Notes: generated by a model not told the origin, from the sequence alone. 64,000 nucleotides of DNA from Rhodothermales bacterium (GCA_965220935.1 OZ244857.1:3047998-3111997); one strand, 5' to 3'; counted from the stretch's first letter, positions 36,952 through 46,681 are shown. Numbers and translations: made by a program.

Positions 36952-39255
36952 TCAAGGACCTAAAGAAATGAGGATCTCCGAAGTGTCATCATCAAATCTG
37001 TACACTTTTTGCAAAATTACATCATCGGTTAATAGGTTACTAACGGTGAATTCGTATTCATCTGGGGGGAGTAAAGCAAAGAAGCCTCCATCCCTATACA
37101 CATCCAACTCTCTGCTAATGTTGCTACCGATGACGGTGATACGGAGTAGCTCATGGGCGGAATTCCACCCCGTGATTCTTCCCTGCATTAGCGGTAGGGG
37201 TTGAAGTGCGATGTCAAGCCTCCGCGTACGTCCTGCCTGAGCCACAAATCCAAAACGATACCCTGTGATAGGATAAAGCATCGGATCACGAATAGATTCG
37301 GGTATAATTGTGACGGTATAGGTTTGATTTGGGCTTAGATCTTTGGTGTAGAGTTCTCCACTCCATCGTCTCATGATATAATAGCTATTGACTTTGATTT
37401 CTGGGGTATCCAACAGATCCTCGTTTTCATCGAGTACTCCATTGAGATTCTTATCTACAAAGATCCGAAACCTTGCTTGTGCATTGTCTTGGGCAATCGC
37501 ACTCAGCGTAATTCCCTGATCAATTCCGATCGTCCCTCGCGCTCTCTGGGTCAATAAAATATCTTCATCAATCATCCGCGTCTCCATACCGAGCCAGGCC
37601 CAGTCAGTATTAAACTGCACTGATGCGGACACCGTCGTTTGATCTTGGTACAAATCTTGTTGCCCCGAAACCGAGAAATTCCAATCTCGTCGTGCAATCC
37701 TGATCGTACTACTGACGTCATGGATCTGTCCTGAGATTACTTCGGCTCCATGCGAAACCCTGATGCGTGCCCTGCCAAGGCTGAGGACCCAAGATAGATT
37801 TGGATTCAGCGAGGCATCTGCCACTGCCCCAAGGGTGATGCGGCTTCGTAATTGAGCCCGTATTCCAGATGGAAATTGCCATCCAAGCGTGGGTGTTAGT
37901 CTTGTGTAGGGGTCTCTATACGTTGATCGATGGTGTGTGAGGTTACTTGAAAACGACAGTGCACCCGACTGAATGTATCCTGATCCTGAAATGGACTGAG
38001 AGCTATCGTTGAATCGTTGCCAGCCCACTTCATATTCGCCCCAGTTACGCCATTGGCGTATTTTTGCATTGGCGCTTTGATCAATCGGATCTGACTCTAC
38101 CTCAAGATACAGAGATCTGAGAAGCCGTGCAGTGGAGCCTATGCGAGCTCGGTAGGGATCCGTGGATGCATCTGTTCGTACGGTCAAGCGGTCGTTGATC
38201 CCATAAGCCACAGAGGCCGTCCATCGGTGATTATACTCGATGTGATACTGTAAATGGCCTTTTCGAATAGAGGTTTGAGGCGTAAGTTCGTATCCATACT
38301 GCGTCGTCAAAGGGGGTTGTCCCAGAGGGGTTACATCTAGTTCTGATCGGGTTGTACCGTAGTAGACAGGAAGCGCAATGGCATAGCGTCCTTCGCCATC
38401 GGCTTGGACTTGATCTGATTGATTCCCCCCTAGGCTTGCACGGACGATGGCGTGCGGGATTGTGACGCCAGAGTGTATTCTTTCTGCGAAAATGCGCGGA
38501 TGAATGAGTGGTACATTCGTCATCTGAAACCCTGGTAACTCATCACCTTTGCGCCAAGAGGCACTCACACTGGTTAACCAGGGGTGGTTGAGTTCAACGG
38601 CATAGCTGGCACTGGGCCGCTTCAGGGAAAGATTCGCACGTAAGACTCCCCATGCAACGGCAGCCGATGCCCGCGCATTCACCGAGAATTGGCTTCCCTC
38701 TATCTGGCTCCACTGATGGCTAGCGTCATAATAGATATGTAGACCGCCGAGTAGGCCAAGTTCTCTCGGAAACACAAGTTTGGCGGGTTTAGTCAGCGTG
38801 GATGGATTGGGTCCAGGGTTAAACAGGACGGGGTTTGTTGATAACCGAAGCGTTAAGGCGCTTTCATCCCAGTCAAGGTCGCTACCGAAGGCCGCCGAGA
38901 GAGCGGATAAGCTGATCAGCATTTCTCCGTCGGGGCCGCGTAGAACATCAAGCGTGGTCAAGTAGATCTCTTGGTTCACACTGACGGTGCCCTGTTGTCC
39001 ATCAAAAATCATGACTCGACTTGCATCGCGAAGTGTCACGTGCATACTGTCAGCTTCCAGAGTTTCGTAGCCTATATGGGTTGCGAGTCCTGTCACATCA
39101 ATCCAGAATTGTTCTCCATCATGAAAGGCCATGATATTTTTGTCGCGGGCTGGGGTATCTAGCACTAAGGGGGCATTCACCAAAATGGCTTGTGCGTTGA
39201 CGACCCTAAAGCATGAGAATCCTGACATAACAAATACTATCCACACTAATCGCAT
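36952..39255 (-). CDS. Outer-membrane usher-like protein (tentative)
   Basis: It is 767 aa with a signal peptide (..RVVNAQA) and beta-rich alternating sequence. It has a C-terminal Ig/CarboxypepD_reg-like region (RFRIFVDKNLNGVLDENED). It lies immediately after the chaperone-like gene. I recognised no diagnostic motif. Confidence 0.4.
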   Translation of the reverse strand: MRLVWIVFVMSGFSCFRVVNAQAILVNAPLVLDTPARDKNIMAFHDGEQFWIDVTGLATHIGYETLEADSMHVTLRDASRVMIFDGQQGTVSVNQEIYLTTLDVLRGPDGEMLISLSALSAAFGSDLDWDESALTLRLSTNPVLFNPGPNPSTLTKPAKLVFPRELGLLGGLHIYYDASHQWSQIEGSQFSVNARASAAVAWGVLRANLSLKRPSASYAVELNHPWLTSVSASWRKGDELPGFQMTNVPLIHPRIFAERIHSGVTIPHAIVRASLGGNQSDQVQADGEGRYAIALPVYYGTTRSELDVTPLGQPPLTTQYGYELTPQTSIRKGHLQYHIEYNHRWTASVAYGINDRLTVRTDASTDPYRARIGSTARLLRSLYLEVESDPIDQSANAKIRQWRNWGEYEVGWQRFNDSSQSISGSGYIQSGALSFSSNLTHHRSTYRDPYTRLTPTLGWQFPSGIRAQLRSRITLGAVADASLNPNLSWVLSLGRARIRVSHGAEVISGQIHDVSSTIRIARRDWNFSVSGQQDLYQDQTTVSASVQFNTDWAWLGMETRMIDEDILLTQRARGTIGIDQGITLSAIAQDNAQARFRIFVDKNLNGVLDENEDLLDTPEIKVNSYYIMRRWSGELYTKDLSPNQTYTVTIIPESIRDPMLYPITGYRFGFVAQAGRTRRLDIALQPLPLMQGRITGWNSAHELLRITVIGSNISRELDVYRDGGFFALLPPDEYEFTVSNLLTDDVILQKVYRFDDDTSEILISLGP

Positions 39256-39281
39256 GGGTGAACTTAAATGCAGTGCGGTCG

Positions 39282-40076
39282 TTACTTAAAGACGATCACA
39301 TCCGCTGGTTGAACTAATCTGGATGTAGCCAGATTTGCGCTGCGTTCATTTTCAACAAACATGACGCGTAGCGTATCTGGTAGGTCATCCATCTCACTGA
39401 GCGATACAAACCTTTGCGTAAAGACCGATGTGACGGCTTCTTGGTAAATCTGCGTCTTATCCATGTTAGAGATCCGTATACGCCCTGTGTACGGAAAGTC
39501 GCCAACATTCTCCAACATGATTCCCGTGAAATTTTCGCCCTGATAGATGGGGGCTACGGTAATCTGAGGTTGCCCCTCTCCCTGAATCAAGACAAGTGGG
39601 GCGACCAGAGAGTAGTTAATTTGCACGCCTGCAGATGTAGCTGAAACTTGCCCTTCCACAATAGGGGCTCGCTGTGTCATTGAGAATTTGACCATACTAA
39701 TGTAGCCTCCACTTGGAAGTATTTGTGCTTGTGGAATCATATACCGCACTGTCTGAGATTCGCCTGAGGCAAGAATCATTCTGGGGGGGAACAGACTGAG
39801 ATGCTCGGTGAGATTACGCATCGGTGGGTACTCTCCACCCATAAATATACCTGTCTCATTGTTCTCCCCAGCGGAGGCGATGACGCCAAAATCAACTGTC
39901 GCAGTGATCTCTACGCTTCGTGTCCCTGTATTGCTGACCGTGAAGTGCCCATGCGGCGTGGATTCTGTAATCCACGCAAAGGATGGCGTAATGGATATGG
40001 ATGTTTCGCCGCTGTCCTGACCAAATGCATCAAAACTATAGATCCATATACATAGGAATATTACAAGGTGTTTCAT
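39282..40076 (-). CDS. PapD-like periplasmic pilus chaperone (tentative)
   Basis: It is 264 aa with a signal peptide and two beta-sandwich-like halves (ISITPSFAWI..HFTVSNTGTRSVEI and LSLFPPRMILASGESQTVRY). Its size and position fit a chaperone. Confidence 0.45.
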   Translation of the reverse strand: MKHLVIFLCIWIYSFDAFGQDSGETSISITPSFAWITESTPHGHFTVSNTGTRSVEITATVDFGVIASAGENNETGIFMGGEYPPMRNLTEHLSLFPPRMILASGESQTVRYMIPQAQILPSGGYISMVKFSMTQRAPIVEGQVSATSAGVQINYSLVAPLVLIQGEGQPQITVAPIYQGENFTGIMLENVGDFPYTGRIRISNMDKTQIYQEAVTSVFTQRFVSLSEMDDLPDTLRVMFVENERSANLATSRLVQPADVIVFK

Positions 40077-40118
40077 TGGTGTTTGACTGTATGGATCAAG
40101 TCTGGTATGATGGGGTGT

Positions 40119-40640
40119 CTATTGGGCGACAACATGAACCATCATGGTTCCATTATATAGACCCGGTGAAGCCCCATTTAAAGCGAGGACACCTCCGATC
40201 TGAAATCGCGTACATCCAGATGGTCCGATTGAAGTTTCTATGGAGTGCTCGCTAACAATTCGGGTAAATCCTGTGAGGGTGCACTCGGGTGTCTGGGCCC
40301 ATAACAAATCGTAACCTATAGAATGATTCATTCGTGGAGCCGACAAGGTGGGCGGGGACGTGACATGCACGACAAATGGCATACCTGGTGGTCCTGTCAT
40401 GATGGCGTTACCTGTGCTATAACTCCCGAATGCTTTCCCACCTCTTTGCCCATTGGCTGGGTCAATTCTAACCTCTCCAGCGTCGCTGGATACCTGTCCA
40501 AAGTTGAGGCGTGAGGACGAAATTGTGAGTGATAGGGTGGCAGGAATAATCTCTGCTTGTATCGTCACAGATCCATTGTCCTGTGCGCATAAGCCCAAAG
40601 GGACGATCCCGGCAGTAAGAATTAGAATTATTGTACGCAT
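40119..40640 (-). CDS. DUF4402/SCPU-like pilus subunit, Cys-less paralog
   Basis: It has a signal peptide, the N-terminal strand SVTIQAEII, LNFG and the C-terminal RFQIGGVLALNGASPGLYNGTMMVHVVAQ. Confidence 0.55.
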   Translation of the reverse strand: MRTIILILTAGIVPLGLCAQDNGSVTIQAEIIPATLSLTISSSRLNFGQVSSDAGEVRIDPANGQRGGKAFGSYSTGNAIMTGPPGMPFVVHVTSPPTLSAPRMNHSIGYDLLWAQTPECTLTGFTRIVSEHSIETSIGPSGCTRFQIGGVLALNGASPGLYNGTMMVHVVAQ

Positions 40641-43600
40641 GTTTGAGTGACGTCGATCGTAGCTTTGTAGGTGCCCACTGGTGTCATATTGGTTATTCCT
40701 GAAACCTTACCCCCGATCTGGAACTGTCGTGACCAATTCTTATATGATATACTTGCACCAGAATAGTCTTGTGAATCAGCATCACCGATAATGGATAGTG
40801 TGCTCTCACCTACAACGCCATCGGCCCATTCCCGAGCAAAACTAACAGATCCGTCAGTGCCCTCCCCTCCAAGAAAATCGGGGGGAATAATGGTGATGGT
40901 GCAACTAGTGCAGTAGTTCGCGCTGGCCGTGAACGCACCAACTTGACCCGTCCCTTCTCCAAAGCGAACCAAGTTGCTTTCAGTAGTACCGTTTCTTGGG
41001 TTAATGGTAATGGATTCCATGCCAGTTGCTGGCATTCGCCATGATCCAAAGTTCAGATCGGTCAGATCTTCCACACTCGATTCACATGGTGGTGGGCTAG
41101 TAGTAATAGAAATCTCTTCCGACAGACCCTGGTAACATGCCCCCATAGTCGCCTCTAACGTCAATGTATGTTTAGCAGAAACCGCCTCGTCTGTGGCTTG
41201 TATGGTAAATATGTTGGCTTTAGTATTATAATTATTATTATTTAACTTTCGTTGTTTCGGTGTGACCGAAAGGTAAGGTACAGTTGTTAGTCCAAAGGGG
41301 CGGACGACCACATCTCCACGCGGCGCAGCGCCGAGAGTTACTTGAATTTCTTGTTTAGTGCCGCCAACGATATCAACCTCCTCTGGGGTTACGTTAATCG
41401 CCGCGCCAACTAATCCTGATATGAGTCCTAAAAAAGTTATGCTTCTGATAAGTGCTTGACTCTCTCTCTCTACGTCTTCTCTAACCTGTATCGTATTTAC
41501 CCTTATCATCCCACCTTCACCATCTAATCTAGCGTTAGCATTTATCGTAACTACTACATCTTGCCACATATCATAATCGGCTTGGGTAAATGTTAGAGAT
41601 GATGGGCTTACACTAGCAAAACCTAAATTGGAACCCCCCTGCCCAGTGATGTTAAAGGTTGTGGGGGATTTGGAAGGAGGAGGATGATTCAGCCGAATTC
41701 CGATTGTTATTATTTGTCCTCGACAAATTCTCGGAAAATCCCATGTAAGCTTACCACAATCGTCGCGTCTATCCCCTGATCGAAAGCATATCAATCTTTC
41801 TGCGGGTAGTTGGGAGACAGTGACCGTGATTTCAATTGGATTTGTTACGCGTCCGCCACTGGGGGTGAATACTATTTTATATTCCCCCACTGCATCATCA
41901 GCTGCTACAATGGTCGTTGCCAATCCGCTTGTAGTCACTTGATCCTGTAGCATAATGGTTAGGTCGCCAACTGAACGTCCAGAAGGAGGGGTCACTGTGG
42001 AATTGAGCGTTACGGTTTCACCATTATATGCAGACTTGTTTAGGCTGAATTGGACAGTAGTGCTACCTCCCTGTGGTAGGGTGACTTCAGACGCTGGAGT
42101 TACCCTTAGTTCGGGTCCAACATACTTGACCTTCACGGTGAGTGTGGCAGGATCTAGACTGACATCGGCATTGTTCATCTCAGGTGTAAAGGTAATCTGA
42201 CGTGTGACCATGGTATCCGCATCTAAATCCGCACGGATGGTGATAGGTCGTTCTGGTGTCAATACGTTAAAGGTAGCGTTTGTTCGACTGATGCTTAATC
42301 CTCTATCGGTTTGATATGCAGTTCGTGCATCAACGCTCCCTGTCTTCAGAGGTGGGTTAAAGGAAAGTTTAAGAATACGGCTAGTCCCCTGATCAATATC
42401 AATCCGTGTCGTCTCTTTATCTTCATCTTTCCATACGAGTTTTGAAGCGATATTGATTGGAATCGTAATAGGGATGGATCCCGTAACATTCCCACTTCCG
42501 TCTGCTGATACCATGACAGTAGAGAGGCCTTCAATGTCGGTTGAGGTCACACTAATCGTCTGTCCAATATTCCAGTTGGAATTTGAGAGCGTGAGCGTAT
42601 GTGGGCTTACGAACACACCTGGTGGTTGACTGACCTTAATCGTGGCGGGGCTAGCTGGGCGGCGATTCAATTTAATATTGAACGATCGGGTCTCTCCAGT
42701 TAACATGGCTAAGGTTTGCGGGATAACCACTAAGGATGGCTGAGCATAGACAGTGATGGGCACAGACGCTGATCCAGTAAATGCACCCGTTGCCGTGAGC
42801 GTCAGTGTACGAGTCCCTGTTTGCTCCCCTTTGTGGTGGATCAGTAAGGGGACACTCTGACCAGATGCGATCAATGATGGGGTTGAAATGTCTATCGCAT
42901 CAAAGCCGATATCTGGAGCAGACCAGCTCCCACTGATATCAACATGATCTGACACAGGGCGACTCAGTTTCGCTGTGACGGTGCAAGAGCCACCAGCAGG
43001 AATACCGTTTCTGCAAGTATCTGGATTGATGGTAAATGCAATAGGTGTCTCGTCTGTGGTTGCGCATGCCACATTAGAGACAGCATTGGCCACGGTCACT
43101 CGATAGCAAAGATGCGTTCCCTCGGTCAATCCAGTATGTGAATACGCTGTCTCAGTCGCGTTCGTATGATACACCAGACCCGACCACCCAGAGCGACCTG
43201 TAGATGAAACTTCAATTTGATAACCTGAAAACGACGCGTTGTCGTTGACAGGTCGTGTCCAAAAAAGGTCAATGACTGATGGACTAGCGGCCGTTGCCGT
43301 TAGGGTAGGCACATGTGGGAGAGTGGCGGTGTTCGTCGTTGCACATGCCACATTGGAGACAGCATTGTTCACGGTCACCCGATAACAAAGATGCGTTCCC
43401 TCGGTCAATCCAGTATGTGAATACGTTGTCTCAGTCGCGTTCGTATGATACACCAGATCAGACCACCCAGAGCGACCTGTAGATGAAACTTCAATTTGAT
43501 AACCTGAGAACGACGCGTTGTTATTGACAAATGCTGTCCAGGAAAGGCCAATTGATGATGGGCTATCCGCTGCTGCCATTAACAGGGGCCTATCGCGTTT

Positions 43601-44020
43601 CTCACCAACGGTTAAGGAGACTATTTCTTTACTTGTGGATCCTCCGCTGGCCAGAATAGAGATATTTCCAGTCCCAGATTCACGCCCACTGGTAACGGTT
43701 ACCACTTGGGGGATAGTCCCATTTAGTGGGGTAAAACTTAAAGATTTAGGACTGAACGTACTTCCATGAGGAAGGGCGTTGGGCCCGTCTTCTTCCGTCA
43801 GTGTGACTGTTACGATGCGATCAGGATTCTCGGACAACCTAACCGTAAATGTTTGTCCAGTGCTATCATTAGGATCCAGCGTAAGTTCAGACGGACTGAC
43901 ATCCATATTGGGCGGAGCGATGATTGTAATCTTAGCGGTTGCCTCCCCTGTTTGTGCGATCACAGGTTCAGTTGATCCTAACAAGATTGCAGCTCCCATG
44001 ATTAGCCCCCAGCGAAACAT
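40628..44020 (-). CDS. 1130-aa repetitive Ig/FN3-rich adhesin ending in a DUF4402/SCPU-like subunit domain
   Basis: It has a signal peptide. Two near-identical FN3-like repeats (..SFSGYQIEVSSTGRSGWS.LVYHTNATET.YSHTGLTEGTHLCYRVTV.NAVSNVACATT) are followed by many Ig-like segments. The C-terminal domain runs CESSVEDLTDLNFG...FQIGGKVSGITNMTPVGTYKATIDVTQTCVQ. Confidence 0.6.
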   Translation of the reverse strand: MFRWGLIMGAAILLGSTEPVIAQTGEATAKITIIAPPNMDVSPSELTLDPNDSTGQTFTVRLSENPDRIVTVTLTEEDGPNALPHGSTFSPKSLSFTPLNGTIPQVVTVTSGRESGTGNISILASGGSTSKEIVSLTVGEKRDRPLLMAAADSPSSIGLSWTAFVNNNASFSGYQIEVSSTGRSGWSDLVYHTNATETTYSHTGLTEGTHLCYRVTVNNAVSNVACATTNTATLPHVPTLTATAASPSVIDLFWTRPVNDNASFSGYQIEVSSTGRSGWSGLVYHTNATETAYSHTGLTEGTHLCYRVTVANAVSNVACATTDETPIAFTINPDTCRNGIPAGGSCTVTAKLSRPVSDHVDISGSWSAPDIGFDAIDISTPSLIASGQSVPLLIHHKGEQTGTRTLTLTATGAFTGSASVPITVYAQPSLVVIPQTLAMLTGETRSFNIKLNRRPASPATIKVSQPPGVFVSPHTLTLSNSNWNIGQTISVTSTDIEGLSTVMVSADGSGNVTGSIPITIPINIASKLVWKDEDKETTRIDIDQGTSRILKLSFNPPLKTGSVDARTAYQTDRGLSISRTNATFNVLTPERPITIRADLDADTMVTRQITFTPEMNNADVSLDPATLTVKVKYVGPELRVTPASEVTLPQGGSTTVQFSLNKSAYNGETVTLNSTVTPPSGRSVGDLTIMLQDQVTTSGLATTIVAADDAVGEYKIVFTPSGGRVTNPIEITVTVSQLPAERLICFRSGDRRDDCGKLTWDFPRICRGQIITIGIRLNHPPPSKSPTTFNITGQGGSNLGFASVSPSSLTFTQADYDMWQDVVVTINANARLDGEGGMIRVNTIQVREDVERESQALIRSITFLGLISGLVGAAINVTPEEVDIVGGTKQEIQVTLGAAPRGDVVVRPFGLTTVPYLSVTPKQRKLNNNNYNTKANIFTIQATDEAVSAKHTLTLEATMGACYQGLSEEISITTSPPPCESSVEDLTDLNFGSWRMPATGMESITINPRNGTTESNLVRFGEGTGQVGAFTASANYCTSCTITIIPPDFLGGEGTDGSVSFAREWADGVVGESTLSIIGDADSQDYSGASISYKNWSRQFQIGGKVSGITNMTPVGTYKATIDVTQTCVQ
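43060..43574 (-). repeat. Tandem 279-nt duplication encoding two FN3-like modules
   Basis: Segments 43060-43295 and 43339-43574 are nearly identical at the nucleotide level (offset 279). Confidence 0.8.
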
Positions 44021-44650
44021 TTAGTTGCAAGTGGCTGAAACTTCAATATTATTCATGAACATACCCTCTGGTGTCGTATTTGGCACTGTCAGGACACCCC
44101 CAAACCGAAAATACTTCGATACAGAAGCCCCTGAAACGTTTTCAGTGAACGTCCCGCTCTGAGCCGCGTATATCCCATCTTGAGTGTCTGAGGTTGCCCA
44201 ATTGCCCGAGTAGGTAAGGGAGGTCTGTGGGGACACGGCTGGGTCGGCTGGTAGACTAGAAGGGAATGTGGAGGTGACTGAAATGGAAGATGAGTTATAA
44301 GCCGTAAGAGACAATTCCCCAGGTGACCAGTCTGATGGTGAGGGAAGAACTCTAGGGATAGATGCGTTATCCACATAATTGATCTCAGGGGTATCTCCTG
44401 CCACATCAATCGTTGCGGTCGCCGTCATCCCCGCTCCTGGTAATGATAAAGATCCAAAGTTTAGTGTCTCTGGAGTTGTACCAAGTTCACATTCCGGGAT
44501 AGCAGGAACGATCGTCGCAGACACCGGCACATTCTTAGTATCCGTCGTAGACTGTGCCAAGACATCAACATCTATCATGCATCCAACAAGTAGGATCAAG
44601 AGAAAAAAAATCGCATATGTGATGTGGTTCATTGATTTAGTCTTATGCAC
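44021..44650 (-). CDS. DUF4402/SCPU-like pilus subunit paralog
   Basis: It has a signal peptide, VPVSATIV, CELGTTPETLNFG and the C-terminal FRFGGVLTVPNTTPEGMFMNNIEVSATCN. Confidence 0.55.
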   Translation of the reverse strand: MHKTKSMNHITYAIFFLLILLVGCMIDVDVLAQSTTDTKNVPVSATIVPAIPECELGTTPETLNFGSLSLPGAGMTATATIDVAGDTPEINYVDNASIPRVLPSPSDWSPGELSLTAYNSSSISVTSTFPSSLPADPAVSPQTSLTYSGNWATSDTQDGIYAAQSGTFTENVSGASVSKYFRFGGVLTVPNTTPEGMFMNNIEVSATCN

Positions 44651-44656
44651 ACAAAC

Positions 44657-45235
44657 CTATACCGTAATCTCTCCTTCATACGGACCATTTACATTGTCTT
44701 GATCAGAAGCAATAGTGACCGCTCCGCCAAATCTCATATAACCGTTTATTGTAGGCGCACCTGTGGTAAACGTAGTACTTGACACTCCAGCTGAAAAACT
44801 TGGTGCCGTCCAAGCGTCACTAGAACCGTTGTCGTCGGAAACAGCCCAGTTCGGTGTTAATGCAATTTCCACTGGTGTTCCTGCACGGTTTTCGAGGTTG
44901 GTTGGATATGTAACCGTGACTGCGATTGCACTTACATTTGTCCCATTTACTCTGAGACTACCAATTTTATGATTACCATCGTCTCCAGGGGTATAGCCTG
45001 TTATGTCTGGAGTACCTGCAGAGGCAGTGAACGTTGCGGTCGCCGTTCCAGTGGCTGGCCTATATAATGTGCCAAAGTCCAACGTAGTATTTTGACTAAG
45101 TATACAATTCCCCTGAGTACTACCAATCGTTAATGATACCTCAACATCGTCGTTAGGGGCAAGATCCTGAGCGTGTGCGCTCGTAAGGGCAATCACACAT
45201 GTGAAAAGAAAAATGGAAAGAAATTTTTGAATCAT
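44657..45235 (-). CDS. DUF4402/SCPU-like pilus subunit, duplicated copy B, truncated 8 codons early
   Basis: Its first 46 aa are identical to copy A. It ends ..GPYEGEITV* where copy A continues EVTCTQAS (GAG versus TAG). Confidence 0.55.
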   Translation of the reverse strand: MIQKFLSIFLFTCVIALTSAHAQDLAPNDDVEVSLTIGSTQGNCILSQNTTLDFGTLYRPATGTATATFTASAGTPDITGYTPGDDGNHKIGSLRVNGTNVSAIAVTVTYPTNLENRAGTPVEIALTPNWAVSDDNGSSDAWTAPSFSAGVSSTTFTTGAPTINGYMRFGGAVTIASDQDNVNGPYEGEITV

Positions 45236-45401
45236 GATTTCAATGTCTAATTACAGTTAGTGGTTTGAACTTGTCCGTTTTCAGTCCAAGTTTCAATGCA
45301 CGCCGATGGATCTTTAAATGCTGTCACTTCAATAGGTCAAGCATATTTGAATCGTTGGTACCGCAATCTCTCCAGAATTCCCCTGATGAACTGGCCTCCA
45401 C

Positions 45402-46001
45402 TTAGGAAGCCTGCGTGCATGTAACCTCTACATCAATCTCTCCTTTATACGGATCATTTTCATTGTCTTGATTAAAAGCAATAGTGACCGCTCCGCCAAA
45501 TCTCATATAACCGTTTATTGTAGGCGCACCTGTGGTAAACGTAGTACTTGACACTCCAAGTGAAAAACTTGGTGCCGTCCAAGCGTCACTAGAACCGTCG
45601 TCGTCGGAAACAGCCCAGTCCGGTGTTAATGCAATTTCCACTGGTGTTGCTGCACCGTTTTTGAGGTTGGTTGGATATGTAACCGTGACTGCGATTGCAC
45701 TTACATTTGTCCCATTTACTCTGAGACTACCAATTGTATGATTACCATCGTCTCCAGGGGTATAGCTTATGTCTGGAGTATCTGCAGAGGCATTGAACGT
45801 TGCGGTCGCCGTTCCAGAGGCTGGCCTATATAATGTGCCAAAGTCCAACATAGTAATTGGAGTAAGTATACAATTCCCCTGAGTACTACCAATCGTTAAT
45901 GATACCTCAACATCGTCGTTAGGGGCAAGATCCTGAGCGTGTGCGCTCGTAAGGGCAATCACACATGTGAAAAGAAAAATGGAAAGAAATTTTTGAATCA
46001 T
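45402..46001 (-). CDS. DUF4402/SCPU-like pilus subunit, duplicated copy A (likely major subunit)
   Basis: It has a signal peptide ..LTSAHA, VEVSLTI, NCILTPITMLDFG and the C-terminal MRFGGAVTIAFNQDNENDPYKGEIDVEVTCTQAS. Confidence 0.55.
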   Translation of the reverse strand: MIQKFLSIFLFTCVIALTSAHAQDLAPNDDVEVSLTIGSTQGNCILTPITMLDFGTLYRPASGTATATFNASADTPDISYTPGDDGNHTIGSLRVNGTNVSAIAVTVTYPTNLKNGAATPVEIALTPDWAVSDDDGSSDAWTAPSFSLGVSSTTFTTGAPTINGYMRFGGAVTIAFNQDNENDPYKGEIDVEVTCTQAS

Positions 46002-46012
46002 GATTTCAATGT

Positions 46013-46681
46013 CTAATTACAGTTAGTGGTTTGAACTTGTCCGTTTTCAGTCCAAGTTTCAATGCACGCCGATGGATCTTTAAATGCTGTGACTTGAATA
46101 GGTCGAGCATATTTGAATCGCTGGCGGTTGATTTCGCAAGCTGCAGATTCTGACGGACCGCCATACGAGAGAGCCGATGGGTCATATCCCCATAACTCTA
46201 CGCGGACCGAAGACGCGTTGCGCTTCAATAAAATATTCATGTTATCTGCCGAATAATGGGTGTCAATCGCATTAATGCAGATTCCTGCTATGGTGGCGCC
46301 TGGATCTTCTTCCATGTGAGCAGTAATGAGGTCTTGTGACGTGACTTCCCTGATCACATCATATCGAAAATCAACCTCAAGATCCCACTGGGCAATCATT
46401 GACCGCAATGATGGGGGAATAAAGTCTCCAATGTAGTGGACATCCAAAGTAGGATTTATGATCAGTAGATCATCTGGTCCATAGCCGTTAGACGTAATAT
46501 CCACCATCTGTATGGATGTCAGCTCAGATGGTATTGGTATAATCAGATCTGTGAGAATCTCATTCATGACGGCGCGATCAGTAAGTGTCGCCACTGGGCG
46601 AGTAATCTGGTCAAATGACTGTCCCATAGATACCGTTGAAATGATCAGAAGCAGTCCAGAAAGAATTGAAAATATCTTCAT
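46013..46681 (-). CDS. Secreted hypothetical protein, first gene of the pilus-like operon
   Basis: I trimmed the track ORF to MKIFSILSGLLLIISTVSMGQ (signal peptide). It ends ..ACIETWTENGQVQTTNCN with a penultimate Cys like the subunits. Confidence 0.45.
   Translation of the reverse strand: MKIFSILSGLLLIISTVSMGQSFDQITRPVATLTDRAVMNEILTDLIIPIPSELTSIQMVDITSNGYGPDDLLIINPTLDVHYIGDFIPPSLRSMIAQWDLEVDFRYDVIREVTSQDLITAHMEEDPGATIAGICINAIDTHYSADNMNILLKRNASSVRVELWGYDPSALSYGGPSESAACEINRQRFKYARPIQVTAFKDPSACIETWTENGQVQTTNCN

Larger units (their letters stand above)
44633..46124 (-). repeat. Tandem segmental duplication, unit ~766-769 bp (subunit gene plus the last ~120 nt of the upstream gene)
   Basis: Segment 45236-45355 matches 46002-46121 and 44633-45235 matches 45402-46001. 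The junction lies at ~45356-45401. Confidence 0.8.

Noticed and set aside
44367-44375. A perfect DnaA-box-like TTATCCACA which, together with parAB in the window, hints at oriC.
   Set aside because: It is a single occurrence inside a coding region 30 kb from parAB. I saw no cluster of boxes or AT-rich unwinding region.
45356-45401. The duplication junction contains gaattcccc, which resembles the IS family terminus (aattccc).
   Set aside because: Only 7 nt match, with no adjoining IR sequence or TSD. This is most likely coincidence.
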